DNA of 64,000 nt from assembly GCA_046347945.1 (NCBI GenBank), contig JAXMFB010000012.1:54572-118571 (forward strand), written 5' to 3'. The DNA comes from Burkholderiaceae bacterium (GTDB lineage Bacteria > Pseudomonadota > Gammaproteobacteria > Burkholderiales > Burkholderiaceae_E). Position numbers and translations under genes: made by a program. The notes below the pieces were generated by a model. That model saw nothing but the letters and a program-made list of their open reading frames with translations. It searched no databases and was not told the origin of the DNA. Below, piece by piece: positions 50,891-61,876 of this stretch (its first letter is position 1; every line of letters begins with the position of its first letter).

Positions 50891-53709
50891 GCCCGGCGCA
50901 CCCGCCGACGACCGCGGCGACACAGGCCGGCCCCGCCGGCGCGACGACCGTCTTCGAGCTCGACGGCCGGGCCATCGAGGCCCGCCCGGGCGAGTCGATC
51001 CTCGCGGCCGCGAAGCGCCACGGCGTCGCGATCCCCCATCTGTGCCATCGCGACGGCTATCGGCCCGACGGCAATTGCCGCGCCTGCGTCGTCGAGATCG
51101 AAGGCGAGCGCGCGCTTGCGCCCTCGTGCTGCCGCGTGCCCGCGCCCGGAATGAAGGTGCGCACCGAGGGGCGCGCGCGCGTGTCGCAGAAGATGGTGGT
51201 CGAGCTGCTGCTGGCCGACGCTCCCGAGGCCGATCGCCGCGAAGACTCGGAACTGCGTCACTGGGCGCGCACGCTCGGGGTCGCGGCGTCGCGCTTCGCG
51301 CCGCGCGAACAGCCGGCGCCCGACTTCAGCCATCCGGCGATCGCGGTGCAGCTCGACGCGTGCATCCAGTGCGGGCGCTGCGTGCGCGCCTGCCGCGAGG
51401 AGCAGGCCAACGACGTCATCGGCTACGCGTGGCGGGGCGAGCACGCGAAGATCGTCTTCGATTGCGACGACCCGATGGGCGCGTCGAGCTGCGTCGGATG
51501 CGGCGAATGCGTGCAGGCCTGCCCGACCGGTGCGCTGATGCCGCGGCTGCTCGGCGCCGGGGCCGCGCCGGACGGCGACGCCGCACGGGTGGCGCCGCGC
51601 GCCGCGCAGCGCAGGGTCGATTCGCTGTGCCCGTTCTGCGGTGTCGGCTGCCAGATGACTTACCACGTCTCGGACAACCGCATCCGCTACGTCGAGGGCC
51701 GCGACGGCCCGGCCAACCGCGGCCGGCTGTGCGTGAAGGGGCGCTTCGGCTTCGACTACGCGGCGAGCCCGGAGCGGCTCGTCGTGCCGCTGGTGCGCCG
51801 GTCCGGCGCCGCGAAGATCGCCGGCATGGGCCGCGTGCCGACGGACTGGCGCGAGCAGTTCCGCGAGGCGAGTTGGGACGAGGCACTCGAGCTCGCGGGC
51901 GGCGGCCTGGCGCGGATCCGCGACCTGCACGGGCCCTCGGCGCTCGCGGGCTTCGGCTCGGCCAAGGGGAGCAACGAGGAAGCCTACCTGTTCCAGAAGC
52001 TCGTGCGCACCGGCTTCGGGACGAACAACGTCGATCACTGCACGCGCCTGTGCCACGCGTCGTCGGTCGCCGCGCTGCTCGAAGGCATCGGTTCCGGGGC
52101 CGTGTCGAACCCGGTCTCGGACGTCATGAAGGCCGATCTGGTGCTCGTGATCGGCGCCAATCCCGCCGTGAACCATCCGGTCGCGGCCACCTGGATCAAG
52201 AACGCGGTGCGGCGCGGCACGCGGCTGGTCGTCGCCGATCCGCGGCGCACCGAGCTCGCGCGGCACGCGACGCACGTGCTGCAGTTCCGCTCGGACACCG
52301 ACGTCGCGCTGCTCGACGCGATGCTGCACACGATCATCGCCGAAGACCTCGTCGATCGCGATTTCGTCGCCGCGCGCACGGCCGGCTTCGAGGCGCTGCG
52401 CGAGGCGGTCGCGCCGTACAGCCCCGAAGCGATGGCGCCGGTCTGCGGCATCGACGCCGCAACCATTCGCGAAGTGGCGCGCCTGTACGCACGCAGCAAG
52501 GCGTCGATGATCCTCTGGGGAATGGGCATCTCGCAGCACGTGCACGGAACCGACAACGTCCGCTGCCTGATCGCCCTTGCGCTGCTCACCGGCCAGATCG
52601 GCCGGCCAGGCACCGGCCTGCATCCGCTGCGCGGGCAGAACAACGTGCAGGGCGCCTCCGACGCGGGTCTCATCCCGATGATGCTGCCCGACTATCACCG
52701 GGTCGGCGACGAGCCGGCGGCGGCCGCATTCGAGCGGCTGTGGGGGGCGAGGCTCGACCGCCGGCCCGGCCTGACGGTCGTCGAGATCCTGCGGGCCGCC
52801 AGCGCGCGCGAGATCCGCGGCATGTACATCATGGGCGAGAACCCGGCGATGTCCGATCCCGACCTTCGCCACGCGCGCGAAGCGCTCGCGAAGCTCGACC
52901 TGCTGGTCGTGCAGGACATCTTCCCGACCGAGACCGCGGTGCTCGCCGACGTGATTCTGCCGGCCTCGGCGTTCCCCGAAAAGACCGGCAGCTTCACCAA
53001 CACCGACCGCATGGTGCAACTCGCGCGCCAGGCGATCGACCCTCCCGGCCAGGCGCGTCCGGACCTCTGGATCATCGTCCAGATGGCCCGGCGCCTCGGG
53101 CTCGACTGGCGGTACGCGCACCCGCGCGAGGTGTTCGAGGAGATGCGCCAGGGCATGGCATCGATCCGTGGCATCGACTGGGCGCGGCTCGAGCGCGAGG
53201 GCAGCGTCACCTATCCGTGCCCGGACGAGAGCGATCCCGGCCAGCCGGTCGTGTTCGTCGACCGATTCCCCACCGAAGACGGCCGCGCGCGGCTCGAGCA
53301 CGCCCGGCCCGAGCCGGCCGACGAGCAGCCCGACGCGGACTGGCCGTTCGTGCTGATCACCGGGCGCCAGCTCGAGCACTGGCACACCGGCGCGATGACG
53401 CGGCGCGCGCAGGCGCTCGATGCGATCGAGCCCGAGGCCACCGCTTCGTTGCACCCGCAAGACCTGCGCCGGCTCGGCCTGCGCCCGGGCGAGCGCGCGG
53501 CGATCGCCTCGCGGCGCGGCGAGATCGTGCTTCGGGTGCGCGAGGACGACGGTGTCGCTCCCGGCAGCGTGTTCGTGCCGTTCGCCTATGCGGAGGCCGC
53601 GGCGAACCTGCTCACCAAGCCGACGCTCGATCCGTTCGGGAAGATTCCGGGCTTCAAGTACTGCGCCGTGCGCGTCAGCCGCCCGCCTTCGGCGGCTCGA
53701 ACTGCCTGA
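50887..53709 (+). CDS. fdhF: Formate dehydrogenase alpha subunit (Mo/W-bisPGD, Cys ligand)
   Basis: [53 protein letters not shown]. Confidence 0.92.
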   Translation: MSPAHPPTTAATQAGPAGATTVFELDGRAIEARPGESILAAAKRHGVAIPHLCHRDGYRPDGNCRACVVEIEGERALAPSCCRVPAPGMKVRTEGRARVSQKMVVELLLADAPEADRREDSELRHWARTLGVAASRFAPREQPAPDFSHPAIAVQLDACIQCGRCVRACREEQANDVIGYAWRGEHAKIVFDCDDPMGASSCVGCGECVQACPTGALMPRLLGAGAAPDGDAARVAPRAAQRRVDSLCPFCGVGCQMTYHVSDNRIRYVEGRDGPANRGRLCVKGRFGFDYAASPERLVVPLVRRSGAAKIAGMGRVPTDWREQFREASWDEALELAGGGLARIRDLHGPSALAGFGSAKGSNEEAYLFQKLVRTGFGTNNVDHCTRLCHASSVAALLEGIGSGAVSNPVSDVMKADLVLVIGANPAVNHPVAATWIKNAVRRGTRLVVADPRRTELARHATHVLQFRSDTDVALLDAMLHTIIAEDLVDRDFVAARTAGFEALREAVAPYSPEAMAPVCGIDAATIREVARLYARSKASMILWGMGISQHVHGTDNVRCLIALALLTGQIGRPGTGLHPLRGQNNVQGASDAGLIPMMLPDYHRVGDEPAAAAFERLWGARLDRRPGLTVVEILRAASAREIRGMYIMGENPAMSDPDLRHAREALAKLDLLVVQDIFPTETAVLADVILPASAFPEKTGSFTNTDRMVQLARQAIDPPGQARPDLWIIVQMARRLGLDWRYAHPREVFEEMRQGMASIRGIDWARLEREGSVTYPCPDESDPGQPVVFVDRFPTEDGRARLEHARPEPADEQPDADWPFVLITGRQLEHWHTGAMTRRAQALDAIEPEATASLHPQDLRRLGLRPGERAAIASRRGEIVLRVREDDGVAPGSVFVPFAYAEAAANLLTKPTLDPFGKIPGFKYCAVRVSRPPSAARTA

Positions 53710-54856
53710 GCAGCTCGCGGCCGATGATCAGCTTCTGCACTTCGGTCGCGCCCTCGTAGATGCGCAGCGGCCGGATCTCGCGATAGAGAAGCTCGACGGC
53801 CATGCCCGATTTCACGCCGAGGCCGCCGAAGAGCTGCACCGCCTTGTCGATCACCTGCTGCGCGGTCTCGGTCGCGACCAGCTTCGCCATCGCGACTTCG
53901 CGCGTGCCGCGCTCGCCGAGCCGGTCGCGCACCCACGCGGCCCGGTAGGTAAGCAGCGCGGCGGCGTCGATCCCGGTCGCCATGTCCGCCAGTGCCGCCT
54001 GCGTGAGCTGGAAGTCGGCCAGCATCTGGCCGAGCATGCGGCGCCGCGTCGCGCGGCCGAGCGCTTCGTCGAGCGCGCGCCGCGCGAAACCCAGCGCGGC
54101 GGCGGCGACGCTGGTGCGGAAGATGTCGAGGTTGCGCATCGCGATCTTGAAGCCTTCGCCCGGGGCACCGAGCAGCGCGTCGGCCGGGACGCGGCATCCG
54201 GAGAGGCTCAGCGTGCCCAGCGGATGGGGCGCCATCACCGGGATGCGATCGGAGACCTCCAGGCCCGGCGTCGCGGCGTCGACCACGAACGCCGAGATGC
54301 CGCGGCTGCCCGGCGCCTCGCCGGTCCGCGCGAAGACGCAGTAGAAGTCGGCAATGCCGGCGTTGGAGATCCAGGTCTTGCAGCCGTCGAGCACCCAGTG
54401 CGCGCCGTCTCGCGTCGCGGTGGTCGAGAGCGCCGCCACGTCCGAGCCGGCGTCGGGCTCCGAGAGGGCGAACGCGGCGAGCTTGCGCCCGGCGACGACG
54501 TCGGGCAGGTAGCGGCGCTGCTGCGACTCGGTGCCGGCCAGGCTGATCGAGCCGCTGCCCAGCCCCTGCATCGCGAAGGCGAAGTCGGCCAGCCCCGAAT
54601 GCCAGGCCAGCGTCTCGCGCGCCACGCACAGCGAGCGCGTGTCGATCGAGTCGAACGCGCCACCCCAGGCCTTGCCGGCGCAGTAGCGCAGCCAGCCATC
54701 GCGGCCCAGGTCGGCGACCAGCCGGCGGCAGGCCGCGTCGACGTCGGGTTCGTGCTCGTCCGCGAGCCGGGTGGCGGCCCACTGCTCGAGCGCGCGCGCC
54801 TGTTCGCGATGGGCGTCGTCGAGGAAAGGCCAGGCGTAATGACTGCGGTCGGGCAT
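53675..54856 (-). CDS. Acyl-CoA dehydrogenase
   Basis: [46 protein letters not shown]; 3' end overlaps fdh by 35 nt. Confidence 0.93.
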   Translation of the reverse strand: MPDRSHYAWPFLDDAHREQARALEQWAATRLADEHEPDVDAACRRLVADLGRDGWLRYCAGKAWGGAFDSIDTRSLCVARETLAWHSGLADFAFAMQGLGSGSISLAGTESQQRRYLPDVVAGRKLAAFALSEPDAGSDVAALSTTATRDGAHWVLDGCKTWISNAGIADFYCVFARTGEAPGSRGISAFVVDAATPGLEVSDRIPVMAPHPLGTLSLSGCRVPADALLGAPGEGFKIAMRNLDIFRTSVAAAALGFARRALDEALGRATRRRMLGQMLADFQLTQAALADMATGIDAAALLTYRAAWVRDRLGERGTREVAMAKLVATETAQQVIDKAVQLFGGLGVKSGMAVELLYREIRPLRIYEGATEVQKLIIGRELLRQFEPPKAGG

Positions 54857-54937
54857 CGGAATCTCCGGGGGCGCGGCGCGGCGGGGGTTGCGATCGGCGT
54901 GGAGCCCGGATGCCGGAATCGCGACGCTTGGCGACGC

Positions 54938-54988
54938 TTGATTTCTCCGGGCGATGCGCCTAGGATACTGAATGAGTGTTCATTCAGT
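54938..54988 (+). promoter_or_regulatory. Sigma-70 promoter with palindromic operator (likely TetR site)
   Basis: TTGATT-N17-TAGGAT immediately followed by ACTGAATGA-GTGT-TCATTCAGT (54967-54988). Confidence 0.75.
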
Positions 54989-55067
54989 CAAGCAGGCATC
55001 CTGCTGAATTCCCTGCGCCGCCGGTCGATCCACGACCCGGGCGGCGCGACTTCCCGGAGATCATCGC

Positions 55068-55886
55068 ATGTACAAGCTGAAAGCGGCAGAGTGGCGTCCC
55101 CAGCACTTCAGGTGGCAGGTGCAGGACAACGTGGCGATCGTCACGCTGAACCGGCCCGAGCGCAAGAATCCGCTCACCTTCGAGAGCTACGCCGAGCTGC
55201 GCGACACCTTCCACCGGCTGCAGTACGCCGAGGACGTGCGCGCCGTGGTGATCACCGGCGAGGGCGGCAACTTCTGCTCCGGCGGCGACGTGCACGAGAT
55301 CATCGGCCCATTGACGAAGATGGACATGAACGGGCTGCTGACGTTCACGCGCATGACCGGCAACCTGGTGAAGGAGATGCGCACCTGCCCGCAGCCGATC
55401 ATCGCCGCCATCGACGGCGTGTGCGCCGGCGCGGGCGCCATCCTGTCGATGGCTTCCGACCTGCGCTACGCGACGCCGGAGACCAAGACCGCGTTCCTGT
55501 TCGTCCGCGTCGGGCTGGCCGGCTGCGACATGGGCGCCTGCGCGATCCTGCCGCGCATCATCGGGCACGGACGCGCCAGCGAGCTGCTGTACACCGGGCG
55601 CTCGATGAGCGCCGACGAGGGCAAGGCCTGGGGCTACTTCAACGACGTGGTCCCGCAGGCGCAGGTCCTGCAGAAGGCGATCGACATGGCAAGGTCGCTC
55701 GCGACCGGGCCTGCGTTCGCGCACTTCATGACCAAGAAGTGCCTGCACCAGGAGTGGAACCAGACCATCGAGCAGGCGCTCGAGACCGAGGCCGAGGCGC
55801 AGGCGATCTGCATGCAGACGCAGGACTTCACCCGCGCGTACAACGCCTTCGTCGCGAAGGAAAAGCCGAAGTTCGAGGGCAACTGA
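55068..55886 (+). CDS. Enoyl-CoA hydratase/isomerase family protein
   Basis: [44 protein letters not shown]. Confidence 0.9.
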   Translation: MYKLKAAEWRPQHFRWQVQDNVAIVTLNRPERKNPLTFESYAELRDTFHRLQYAEDVRAVVITGEGGNFCSGGDVHEIIGPLTKMDMNGLLTFTRMTGNLVKEMRTCPQPIIAAIDGVCAGAGAILSMASDLRYATPETKTAFLFVRVGLAGCDMGACAILPRIIGHGRASELLYTGRSMSADEGKAWGYFNDVVPQAQVLQKAIDMARSLATGPAFAHFMTKKCLHQEWNQTIEQALETEAEAQAICMQTQDFTRAYNAFVAKEKPKFEGN

Positions 55887-55899
55887 GGAAGGCGGTGCG

Positions 55900-56598
55900 G
55901 TGAAATCGCCCGAGCACGTCGCCAGCGTCGTCAGCGACCCGAAGCTGGTCGAGGAGCGGCGCGCCGGGATCCTCGACGCGGCGGTAAAGCTGTTCGCCGA
56001 GAACGGCTACTACGTCACGACGATCCAGCAGATCGCGAAGGCGAGCGGCGTCAGCATCGGCCTGATCTACCAGTACTTCGGCGACAAGGACGACATCCTG
56101 TTCCTGTCGCTGAAGCGGGTGCTCGATCGCTACGAGACCGAGATTCCCGCGCGCCTCGAGGGCGTCTCGCACCCGGTCGACCGCCTGTGCACCGCCGTGT
56201 GGGCCTACTGCTCGATCGTCGACGAGCTGCGGCAGGTGGCGGTGCTCACGTACCGGTCGACCGGCTCGCTGCGCGCCGATCGCCGCGCGCTGATCCAGCA
56301 GGCCGAGCTGCGGACCAACCGGTTGCTCGAGCGCTGCGTGCGCGACTGCGTCGACGGGGGCCTCATGCGCCAGCTCGACGAGTTCCTGCTCGTCTACCAG
56401 CTGGTGATGTTCTGCCACGCGTGGGCGCTGAAGAACTGGGCGATGCGCGAGCGCTTCGACCTGGGCGGCTACGTGTCGGGCGGCATCTCGCTGCTGATCG
56501 AGCCGTTCCTCACGACGAAGGGCAAGGCCGCGCTGGCGTCGTTGCGCCGGCGAAGCGGCGATTTTTCCGGACCGCCGGCGCGCGGGTCCGCGGGCTGA
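55900..56598 (+). CDS. TetR/AcrR family transcriptional regulator
   Basis: ILDAA..LF...GY..TT...IA...GVS.G.IY.YF..K.DIL HTH. Confidence 0.92.
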   Translation: MKSPEHVASVVSDPKLVEERRAGILDAAVKLFAENGYYVTTIQQIAKASGVSIGLIYQYFGDKDDILFLSLKRVLDRYETEIPARLEGVSHPVDRLCTAVWAYCSIVDELRQVAVLTYRSTGSLRADRRALIQQAELRTNRLLERCVRDCVDGGLMRQLDEFLLVYQLVMFCHAWALKNWAMRERFDLGGYVSGGISLLIEPFLTTKGKAALASLRRRSGDFSGPPARGSAG

Positions 56599-56648
56599 GG
56601 CGGGGTCGCTGACGACGACCCCATTGGGAAGAGGTGCGGCATCATGGT

Positions 56649-56664
56649 GAATGAACGTTCACTC
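56649..56664. promoter_or_regulatory. Second putative TetR operator
   Basis: GAATGAAC-GTTCACTC, near-palindromic and similar to the 54967 site. Confidence 0.6.
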
Positions 56665-56700
56665 GCGAACGAGGCCCGGTCGGCTGCGTGGTCGCCCGCG

Positions 56701-57489
56701 ATGGCGCATCCGGCCGCGGCATCCCCGCCGATCTCGCTGTCGATCGAGGCGGGCGTCGCCGTCGCGACGCTGTGCCGGCCGCCGGTCAACGCGATCGACG
56801 ACGACTGGGTCGCGCGGCTCGAAGAGCTGCTCGACGACGCCGAAGGCGACGCTCGCGTGCGCGTGCTGTGGATCCGCAGCGCGCAGCGCGTCTTCTGTGC
56901 CGGGGCCGACCTGGAGTTCATGCGGCAGCGCTTCGCGACCGACGACGGGCGACGCGCGATGATCGACTTCACGCGCCGGCTGCAGCAGGTGTACGCGCGC
57001 ATCGAGCGCAGCGCCCTGGTGTCGGTCGCGGAGATCGGCGGCGCCGCGCTCGGCGGCGGCTTCGAGCTCGCGCTGGCCTGCGACGTACGGGTGGTCGCCG
57101 ACGAGGCGAGGCTCGGATTGCCGGAAGCGCGGCTCGGCCTGTTGCCGGCGGCCGGCGGCACGCAGCGGATGACGCGCATCTGCGGTGAATCGGTCGCGCG
57201 CCGACTGATCCTGGGTGCCGAGGTGGTGCAGGGCGCCGAGGCGGTCGGCCTCGGGCTGGCCCAGTGGCGCGCGCCTGCGGCGGAACTTCGCGCGACGGCC
57301 TGCGGCATCGTCGAGCGCATCGCCGACCTGCCCGGCGCCGCGCTGCGCGAGAGCAAGCGCTGCATCGCGGCGGCCCTCGATTCGCGGCGCGACGGCTACG
57401 AGATCGAGCTCGAAGGCAGCGGTGCGCTGCTGTCGCTCGAAGAGACGCAGGAGCGCGTGCGGCGCTTCCTCGACCGCGACGCGTCGTGA
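56701..57489 (+). CDS. Enoyl-CoA hydratase/isomerase family protein
   Basis: RPPVNA, FCAGADL, ALGGGFELALACD, LPEARLGLLP..GGTQR (both catalytic Glu present). Confidence 0.9.
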   Translation: MAHPAAASPPISLSIEAGVAVATLCRPPVNAIDDDWVARLEELLDDAEGDARVRVLWIRSAQRVFCAGADLEFMRQRFATDDGRRAMIDFTRRLQQVYARIERSALVSVAEIGGAALGGGFELALACDVRVVADEARLGLPEARLGLLPAAGGTQRMTRICGESVARRLILGAEVVQGAEAVGLGLAQWRAPAAELRATACGIVERIADLPGAALRESKRCIAAALDSRRDGYEIELEGSGALLSLEETQERVRRFLDRDAS

Positions 57490-57530
57490 CAGGGCAGCGG
57501 GCCCGACAGGAGCCCGGGGAGGGGGAGACG

Positions 57531-59192
57531 ATGGAGGGGATGCAGGTCGACCCGCGCAGGATCGCGATGGAGCGCGAGCGCGGCATCTGGCCGGATCGCG
57601 TGCTCACCGACTACCTGGATCGGTGGATCGAGGAGAAGGGCAACGCCACCGCCCTGATCGGATTCCGCGAGGAGAGCGGTGCCACCGTGCGCCTGAGCTG
57701 GCGCGAGCTCGGCGATCGGGTGGCCCGTATCGCGCAGGGCCTCGCGACGCGCGGCGTGGGCCGCGGCGACGTGGTCTCGCTGCAGTTGCCGAACTGGTGG
57801 GAGTTCGTCGCCGTGCACCTGGCGTGCCTGCGCATCGGCGCGATCACCAATCCGCTGATGCCGATCTTCCGCCACCGCGAGCTCTCGTTCATGGTGGGCC
57901 ACGCCGAGTCGAAGGTGTTCATCGCGCCTTCGCACTTTCGCGGCTTCGACCACGGGGCGCTCGCGCGCTCGCTGAGCTACGAGCTGCCGTCGCTGCAGCA
58001 CGTGTTCCTCGTCGACGGCGACGGTGCCGACTCGTTCGAGCGTGCGCTGCTCGACGGGCCGGCCGATCCCGCCTTCGCTCGCGGCACCTCGATCGACGGC
58101 AACGGCCTGGTGCAGCTGCTGTACACCTCGGGCACCACCGGGGAACCCAAGGGCGTGCTGCACACGTCGAACACGCTGCTCGGCACGATCCTGCAGTTCA
58201 TCGAGCGGCTCGAGTGCTCGGATCGCGACGTGGTCTTCATGCCGTCGCCGCTCGCGCACCAGGCCGGTTTCGCCTATGGCCTGATGCTCGGCGTGATCCT
58301 CGGCGCGCCGATCGTGCTGCTCGACATCTGGCATCCGCGGCGCGCGGTCGAGCTGATGGAGCAGTACCGCGCCACCTACACGTTCGCCTCCACGCCGTTC
58401 CTGGCCGACCTGGCGCAGTTCGACGGGATCGAGCAGCGCGACCTGCGATCGTTTCGACTGTTCGTCACGTCGGGCGCGCCGATCCCGCCGATCGTCGTCA
58501 GGCAGGCGCAGGAGAACCTCGGCGTCACGGTCGTCGCGAGCTGGGGGATGAGCGAGGTCTGCTCGGCGACGACGACGCTGCTCTCGGGACACAAGGTCCA
58601 GGAGAGCGACGGCGTCGCGGTGCCGGGTTCCGAGGTCAAGGTGGTCGACGACCAGGGACGCGAGATGCCGCGCGGCCAGCAGGGCTCGCTGCGGGTGCGC
58701 AGCGCGGCGCTGTTCGTCGGCTACCTGAAGCGACCGCAGCTCTACTCGGTCGACGAGGAAGGCTGGTTCAACACCGGCGACATCGCGCGGATGGACGACG
58801 AGGGCTACATCCGGATCTGCGGGCGCGACAAGGACATCGTGATCCGCGGGGGCGAGAACATCCCGGTGGTCGAGATCGAGGCCGCGCTGTACCGGATGCC
58901 CGGCATCCTCGAGGCGGCGATCGTCGGCATGCCCGATCCGCGCCTGGGCGAGCGCGCCTGCGCGTTCGTCGCGGCCCACCCTGGCGCGCACGTCGACATG
59001 GCGGCGATGCGCGCGTTCCTCGAGGAACAGCAGATCAGCAGGAGTTTCTGGCCCGAGCGGCTCGAGATCCTCGAGCAGCTGCCGCGCAATCCGACCGGCA
59101 AGGTGCTGAAGTTCGTGTTGCGCCAGATGGCGCAGAAGCTGGTCGACGCGCAGTCGCAGCAGGGCGGCGCAGGGCTCGACCGCGCGTCGTGA
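57531..59192 (+). CDS. AMP-dependent acyl-CoA ligase (cyclohexanecarboxylate-CoA ligase-like)
   Basis: QLPNWWEF, NPLMPIFR, YTSGTTGEPKGV.H, SPLAHQ.GF.YG, WGMSE, GR.KDI.IRGGENIP, PERLE. Confidence 0.82.
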   Translation: MEGMQVDPRRIAMERERGIWPDRVLTDYLDRWIEEKGNATALIGFREESGATVRLSWRELGDRVARIAQGLATRGVGRGDVVSLQLPNWWEFVAVHLACLRIGAITNPLMPIFRHRELSFMVGHAESKVFIAPSHFRGFDHGALARSLSYELPSLQHVFLVDGDGADSFERALLDGPADPAFARGTSIDGNGLVQLLYTSGTTGEPKGVLHTSNTLLGTILQFIERLECSDRDVVFMPSPLAHQAGFAYGLMLGVILGAPIVLLDIWHPRRAVELMEQYRATYTFASTPFLADLAQFDGIEQRDLRSFRLFVTSGAPIPPIVVRQAQENLGVTVVASWGMSEVCSATTTLLSGHKVQESDGVAVPGSEVKVVDDQGREMPRGQQGSLRVRSAALFVGYLKRPQLYSVDEEGWFNTGDIARMDDEGYIRICGRDKDIVIRGGENIPVVEIEAALYRMPGILEAAIVGMPDPRLGERACAFVAAHPGAHVDMAAMRAFLEEQQISRSFWPERLEILEQLPRNPTGKVLKFVLRQMAQKLVDAQSQQGGAGLDRAS

Positions 59193-59255
59193 CGGCCGGC
59201 GGCGGCATCCAGTAGACTTGGCGGCTGCGCCAGTCTCACGGATCCGCTGCCCGGC

Positions 59256-60536
59256 ATGAGCACCAACTCTTCCGAATTCGAACGCGCCCGCAAGGTTCTC
59301 GTCGGCGGGGTCAACTCGGCCGTTCGCGCGTTCCGCGCGGTCGGCGGCACGCCGCGCTTCATCGACCGCGCCGAAGGCGCGTACATGTGGGACGTCGAGG
59401 GCAAGCGCTACATCGACTACCTCGGCTCATGGGGGCCGATGATCGCCGGGCACTCGCATCCGCACGTGCTCGCGGCGGTCGAGCGCGCTGCCCGGCGCGG
59501 GCTCTCGTTCGGCGCACCGAACGTCATGGAGAGCGAGCTCGCCGAGCGCGTCTGCACGCTGTTCCCGCAGGTCGAGCGCGTGCGCTTCACCAGCTCGGGC
59601 ACCGAGGCGGCGATGTCGGCACTTCGCCTGGCGCGCGGCTTCACGCGGCGCGACTCGATCGTCAAGTTCGAGGGCTGCTACCACGGCACGGCCGACAGCC
59701 TGCTGGTGAAGGCGGGCTCGGGGGCGCTCGCCTTCGGCACGCCCAGCTCCGCCGGTGTGCCCGACGACCTGGCGAAGCACACGCTGGTTGCGCAATTCAA
59801 CGACCTGGCCAGCGTCGAGGCGCTGTTCGCCGCGCACCCCGGCCGGATCGCCTGCGTGATCGTCGAGCCGATGCCGGGCAACATGAACCTCATCCTGCCT
59901 GCGCCGGGTTTCCTGGCCGGGCTGCGCGCGCTGTGCACGAAGCACGGCGCGCTGCTGGTCTTCGACGAGGTGATGTCGGGCTTTCGCGTGGCGCTGGGTG
60001 GCGCGCAGGAACTCGTCGACGTCGTGCCCGACCTGTCGGCGTTCGGCAAGGTGATCGGCGGCGGGATGCCCGTCGGCGCGATCGGCGGCCCGGCGGCGAT
60101 CATGGACATGATGGCGCCGCTGGGCCCGGTCTACCAGGCGGGCACGCTGTCGGGCAATCCGATCGCGATGGCCGCGGGCCTCGCGACGATGGACCTGATC
60201 GTCGAGCCGGGCTTCTTCGAGCGGCTCGGCGCCGGCTGCGCGCGGCTCGTCGACGGGCTGAACGCCGCGGCCCGCGAGGCCGGTGTCGCGTTCTGTGCGC
60301 AGCATCGCGGCGGGCTGGCCGGCCTGTACATGCTCGCGGCACCGCCGGCGGGCTTCGCGCAGGTGCAGGCGCAGGACGTCGAGCGCTTCAAGCGGTTCTA
60401 CCACCTGATGCTCGACGAGGGCGTCTACCTGCCGCCGTCGCCGGTCGAGGCGTTCTTCTTCTCGGGCGCGCACAGCGACGAGGACGTCGACGCGACGGTC
60501 GCTGCGGCCCGGCGAGCGCTGCGCGCGGTCGCCTGA
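59256..60536 (+). CDS. hemL: Glutamate-1-semialdehyde 2,1-aminomutase
   Basis: [58 protein letters not shown]. Confidence 0.95.
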   Translation: MSTNSSEFERARKVLVGGVNSAVRAFRAVGGTPRFIDRAEGAYMWDVEGKRYIDYLGSWGPMIAGHSHPHVLAAVERAARRGLSFGAPNVMESELAERVCTLFPQVERVRFTSSGTEAAMSALRLARGFTRRDSIVKFEGCYHGTADSLLVKAGSGALAFGTPSSAGVPDDLAKHTLVAQFNDLASVEALFAAHPGRIACVIVEPMPGNMNLILPAPGFLAGLRALCTKHGALLVFDEVMSGFRVALGGAQELVDVVPDLSAFGKVIGGGMPVGAIGGPAAIMDMMAPLGPVYQAGTLSGNPIAMAAGLATMDLIVEPGFFERLGAGCARLVDGLNAAAREAGVAFCAQHRGGLAGLYMLAAPPAGFAQVQAQDVERFKRFYHLMLDEGVYLPPSPVEAFFFSGAHSDEDVDATVAAARRALRAVA

Positions 60537-61765
60537 TGGGCGCGCCCGCGCCGGCGCGCAGCGCGCCCTCGTACCTGCCGGTGCTGCTGTTCGGGTGCGC
60601 GATCCTCGTGATCTCCACCGGCGTGCGTTCGTCGTTCGGCCTGTTCCTGCCCGAGATGACGCAGGCGCGAGGCTGGTCGCGCGAGACCTTCTCGTTCGCG
60701 ATCGCGATCCAGAACCTGATGTGGGGCCTGGGCGGCTCGTTTCTCGGCGCAATGGCCGACAAGTACGGCTCGATGCGAACGCTGCTGCTGGGCGCGGTGC
60801 TGTACGTGATCGGCTTTCTCGGGATGGCGTGGGCCGAATCGGGCGCCGCGCTCTCGCTGTCGGCGGGCGTCGTCATGGGCATCGCGATCGGCGGCACGTC
60901 GTTCGGGATCATCCTCGCCACGCTCGGGCGCATCGTGCCTGCCGAGCAGCGCAGCCTGGCCTTCGGCATCGGGGTCGCCGCAGGTTCGTTCGGCCAGTTC
61001 CTGTTCCTGCCGCTGGCGGGCAGGCTGATCGCCGCGCTCGGGTGGCAGGCGGCGCTGCTCGTGCACGCGGCGATCGTCGCGCTGATCCTGCTGCTCGCGC
61101 TCGGCGTGCGCGGCGAGCACGAGGCCGCGGCGCGCGCGGGTTCCGTCCGGCTGTCCGACGCGCTGCGCGGAGCGATCGGCGACCGCAGCTTCCACCTGCT
61201 GTTCTGGGGCTACTTCGTCTGCGGCCTGCAGGTCGTGTTCATCCAGCTGCACCTGCCGGCCTACCTGCTCGACAAGGGGCTCTCGGCCAACGTCGGCGCG
61301 ACCGCCGTGGCGCTGATCGGATTGTTCAACGTGGCGGGATCGTTCGCCGCGGGCATGCTCGGGCAGAAGCTCTCGCGCAAGTGGCTGCTGGCGGGCATCT
61401 ACGTCGCGCGCTCGGTCGTGATCGGCCTGTTCCTGCTCGCGCCGCTGAGCCAGGCGTCGGTGTACCTGTTCAGCGCGGCGATCGGCCTGCTCTGGCTGTC
61501 GACGGTGCCGCTCACCAACGCGCTGGTCGGCCAGCGCTGGGGCGTGCAGTACCTGGGCCTGCTGGGTGGCGTGATCTTCTTCGGTCACCAGATCGGAAGC
61601 TTCCTCGGCGCCTGGCTCGGCGGCCGCTTCTTCGACCTGTTCGGCAACTACGACTACGCGTGGGCGATGGTGATCGCGTTCGGCGCCTTCGCCGCGCTGG
61701 TCCACGCGCCGATCGACCAGCGGCCGATGGGCGAGCGCCGCGCGCCGGCGGCGGCGCGCGCCTAG
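60536..61765 (+). CDS. MFS transporter
   Basis: TGATG overlap with hemL; G.R.SFGLF, A.QNL.WG, YFVCG.Q..FI..HLP, WLSTVP.T, HQIGSFLG; about 12 TM. Confidence 0.9.
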   Translation: MGAPAPARSAPSYLPVLLFGCAILVISTGVRSSFGLFLPEMTQARGWSRETFSFAIAIQNLMWGLGGSFLGAMADKYGSMRTLLLGAVLYVIGFLGMAWAESGAALSLSAGVVMGIAIGGTSFGIILATLGRIVPAEQRSLAFGIGVAAGSFGQFLFLPLAGRLIAALGWQAALLVHAAIVALILLLALGVRGEHEAAARAGSVRLSDALRGAIGDRSFHLLFWGYFVCGLQVVFIQLHLPAYLLDKGLSANVGATAVALIGLFNVAGSFAAGMLGQKLSRKWLLAGIYVARSVVIGLFLLAPLSQASVYLFSAAIGLLWLSTVPLTNALVGQRWGVQYLGLLGGVIFFGHQIGSFLGAWLGGRFFDLFGNYDYAWAMVIAFGAFAALVHAPIDQRPMGERRAPAAARA

Positions 61766-61876
61766 CTGCCAGCGGAGGCATCCTGCGGGCGCCGCTTTTG
61801 CGGCGTGATGGTGCGGCCGCCGCTTTCGCGGCAAGGTGCGCCGGCCGGAGGAGAGCGGGCCGGCGCGGTTCGGCCG

